A stretch of 64,000 nucleotides of DNA from a virus (lineage: Duplodnaviria; Heunggongvirae; Uroviricota; Caudoviricetes): IMG/VR virus record IMGVR_UViG_2740892229_000011. The stretch is one strand, 5' to 3'. Below are positions 62,137 to 64,000 of the stretch, piece after piece. The number at the start of each line of letters is the position of its first letter. Within the stretch, counting starts at the first letter, position 1. The notes beneath the pieces were generated by a model that saw only the letters and a program-made list of their open reading frames with translations, did not search any database and was not told where the DNA came from. The position numbers and the translations under genes were made by a program.

Positions 62137-63237
62137 TCACACTGCGCGGAATGCGATTTCGCCAGGTATTACTTCACCTTGCCAATACATTTGGGCAGCA
62201 ACGCGATCTGCGAGGTCACGATAAATAGCCGTAAATTCGCTATCTGGACGACTAATAACGGTTGGTGTTCCGTTATCCAGATCTTCACGAAGAGAGATAT
62301 GAAGTGGCATTTGGCCTAACAACTGCGTGTTGTATTTCTCGGCCAGTTTCTGTGCGCCACCGGTGCCAAAAATTGGCTCGTGATGACCGCAGTTACTGCA
62401 AATATGCACACTCATGTTTTCGACGATACCTAGTACCGGCACTTCGACTTTTTCGAACATCACAATGCCTTTCTTCGCATCGATCAGCGCGATGTCTTGC
62501 GGCGTAGTTACCACAACCGCACCAGTTACAGGAATGTTCTGCGCCAGCGTCAACTGAATATCACCAGTGCCCGGCGGCATATCGAGAACGAGATAGTCCA
62601 GATCAGGCCATAGAGTTTCCTGCAACATCTGCATCAGCGCCTTGCTGGCCATCGGTCCACGCCACACCATTGCATTGTCGTCGGTGACCAGATAACCAAT
62701 AGAGTTGGTTGCCAGGCCATGAGACATGATAGGTGCCATGTGAGTACCGTCAGGTGAGGTTGGACGTTGGTTTTCCGCGCCCAGCATGGTTGGAATTGAT
62801 GGACCATAGATATCGGCATCCAAAATACCAACTTTCGCACCTTCAGCAGCCAAAGCCAGTGCCAAGTTTACTGCTGTGGACGATTTGCCTACACCGCCCT
62901 TGCCTGAGCTTACGGCGATAATATTCTTAACACCATTAATGCCTGGTTGGTTTTTGACGCGCTTAAGCGTGGCAATGTTGTACGACAGCTTCCAGTCAAT
63001 AGCCTTTGCGCCAGTGATACGGAGCAGATCACCACTACATTGCTCTTTCAGGTCTTCAAAAGGCTTATTCCACACGAAAGGCATGATTAGTTCGACATGC
63101 AGTGTGTCATCCATCAACGCAACATGGTGTAACGCTTTAAGCGTAGTCAGGTTGTGTTTCAGGGTTGGGTGCTGAAAATTAGCCAGCGTACCGGCTACCA
63201 TTGCTCTCAGGGCATCCGGCGATTTGGACTCGCTCAT
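62137..63237 (-). CDS. mrp: Fe-S cluster carrier ATPase Mrp/ApbC
   Basis: Full-length near-identity to recalled E. coli Mrp (P-loop GKGGVGKSST, CSNCGH motif). Confidence 0.95.
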   Translation of the reverse strand: MSESKSPDALRAMVAGTLANFQHPTLKHNLTTLKALHHVALMDDTLHVELIMPFVWNKPFEDLKEQCSGDLLRITGAKAIDWKLSYNIATLKRVKNQPGINGVKNIIAVSSGKGGVGKSSTAVNLALALAAEGAKVGILDADIYGPSIPTMLGAENQRPTSPDGTHMAPIMSHGLATNSIGYLVTDDNAMVWRGPMASKALMQMLQETLWPDLDYLVLDMPPGTGDIQLTLAQNIPVTGAVVVTTPQDIALIDAKKGIVMFEKVEVPVLGIVENMSVHICSNCGHHEPIFGTGGAQKLAEKYNTQLLGQMPLHISLREDLDNGTPTVISRPDSEFTAIYRDLADRVAAQMYWQGEVIPGEIAFRAV

Positions 63238-63394
63238 CCCGTCTCCTTTATTTTAATTTGCGCAATTGTCGCCTTGTAGTGTACTCCAGCTGCGACATTT
63301 AATCATTTATGAGAAATGCTGTTATCACATGGCAGACATAAGGCCATTTTGTTACTATCAAGCCCCTTTTCACTACAAAGAAGTAATGCCTACT

Positions 63395-64000
63395 ATGACC
63401 CAAGTCGCGAAGAAAATTCTGGTGACGTGCGCGCTGCCGTACGCTAACGGCTCAATCCACCTCGGCCATATGCTGGAGCACATCCAGGCTGATGTCTGGG
63501 TTCGTTACCAGCGAATGCGCGGCCACGAGGTTAATTTCATCTGTGCCGACGATGCCCACGGTACGCCGATCATGCTGAAAGCACAGCAACTTGGTATCAC
63601 ACCGGAGCAGATGATTGGCGAAATGAGTCAGGAACACCAGACTGATTTCGCAGGCTTTAACATCAGCTATGACAACTATCACTCGACGCACAGCGAAGAG
63701 AACCGTCAGTTGTCTGAGCTTATCTATACTCGCCTGAAAGAGAACGGTTTTATTAAAAATCGCACTATCTCTCAGTTGTACGACCCGGAAAAAGGCATGT
63801 TCCTGCCGGATCGTTTTGTGAAAGGCACCTGCCCGAAATGTAAAGCGCCAGATCAATACGGCGATAACTGTGAAGTTTGCGGCGCGACCTACAGCCCGAC
63901 TGAACTGATCGAGCCGAAATCGGTGGTTTCTGGTGCTACCCCGGTAATGCGTGATTCTGAACACTTCTTCTTTGATCTGCCCTCTTTCAGCGAAATGTTG
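63395..64000 (+). CDS. metG: Methionyl-tRNA synthetase, 5' portion (continues beyond window)
   Basis: [35 protein letters not shown]..., HIGH-type motif and zinc knuckle CPKC...CEVC; no stop before the window end. Confidence 0.95.
   Translation, partial: MTQVAKKILVTCALPYANGSIHLGHMLEHIQADVWVRYQRMRGHEVNFICADDAHGTPIMLKAQQLGITPEQMIGEMSQEHQTDFAGFNISYDNYHSTHSEENRQLSELIYTRLKENGFIKNRTISQLYDPEKGMFLPDRFVKGTCPKCKAPDQYGDNCEVCGATYSPTELIEPKSVVSGATPVMRDSEHFFFDLPSFSEML

Noticed and set aside
62137-64000. Anomalies in the mrp-metG region
   Set aside because: Both genes read as standard, full-identity-type E. coli housekeeping genes in their usual divergent arrangement, with a shared bidirectional hairpin after mrp; nothing unusual seen.

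Overview
About 62 kb of this window is a large phage-plasmid-like mobile element; the right edge (62.1-64 kb) is E. coli-type chromosome (mrp/apbC and the 5' part of metG). The element carries: (i) a P1/F-style iteron replicon, with a RepA-like initiator (32541-33635, minus) flanked by about 12 downstream and 4 upstream 17-bp iterons, a GATC cluster and a DnaA-box-like site; (ii) a T4-like DNA replication, recombination and nucleotide-metabolism module (DnaB-like helicase, DnaG-like primase, DnaE-type polymerase, gp32-like SSB, intein-containing RecA, Mre11/Rad50, RuvC-like resolvase, FEN, RNase H, ATP ligase, NrdAB, ThyA, DHFR, dNMP-kinase-like, MazG-like, DnaQ-like exonuclease, two DNA methyltransferases, CobS/CobT-like pair); (iii) a tight tRNA array (Asn, Tyr, Thr and one tRNA-like element) embedded among long hairpin elements; (iv) a tyrosine recombinase and an XRE-type regulator; (v) an IS100-like (IS21 family) element inserted with a 5-bp target duplication into a Sel1-repeat secreted-protein gene; (vi) an AT-rich cargo gene cut by the left window edge; (vii) a LexA-box-controlled UmuD'-like (HumD-like) gene beside mrp; and (viii) candidate host-manipulation genes (RelA/SpoT-type HD hydrolase, ClpX zinc-finger-only protein, TerB-like, SPFH lipoprotein). 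Most element genes share a conserved translation-initiation context (AAAGGAAAACACATG), and two palindromic motifs recur in intergenic regions. All functional calls come from reading motifs in the translated ORFs and from recalled family signatures; no database search was run, and self-derived coordinates may be off by 1-2 nt.
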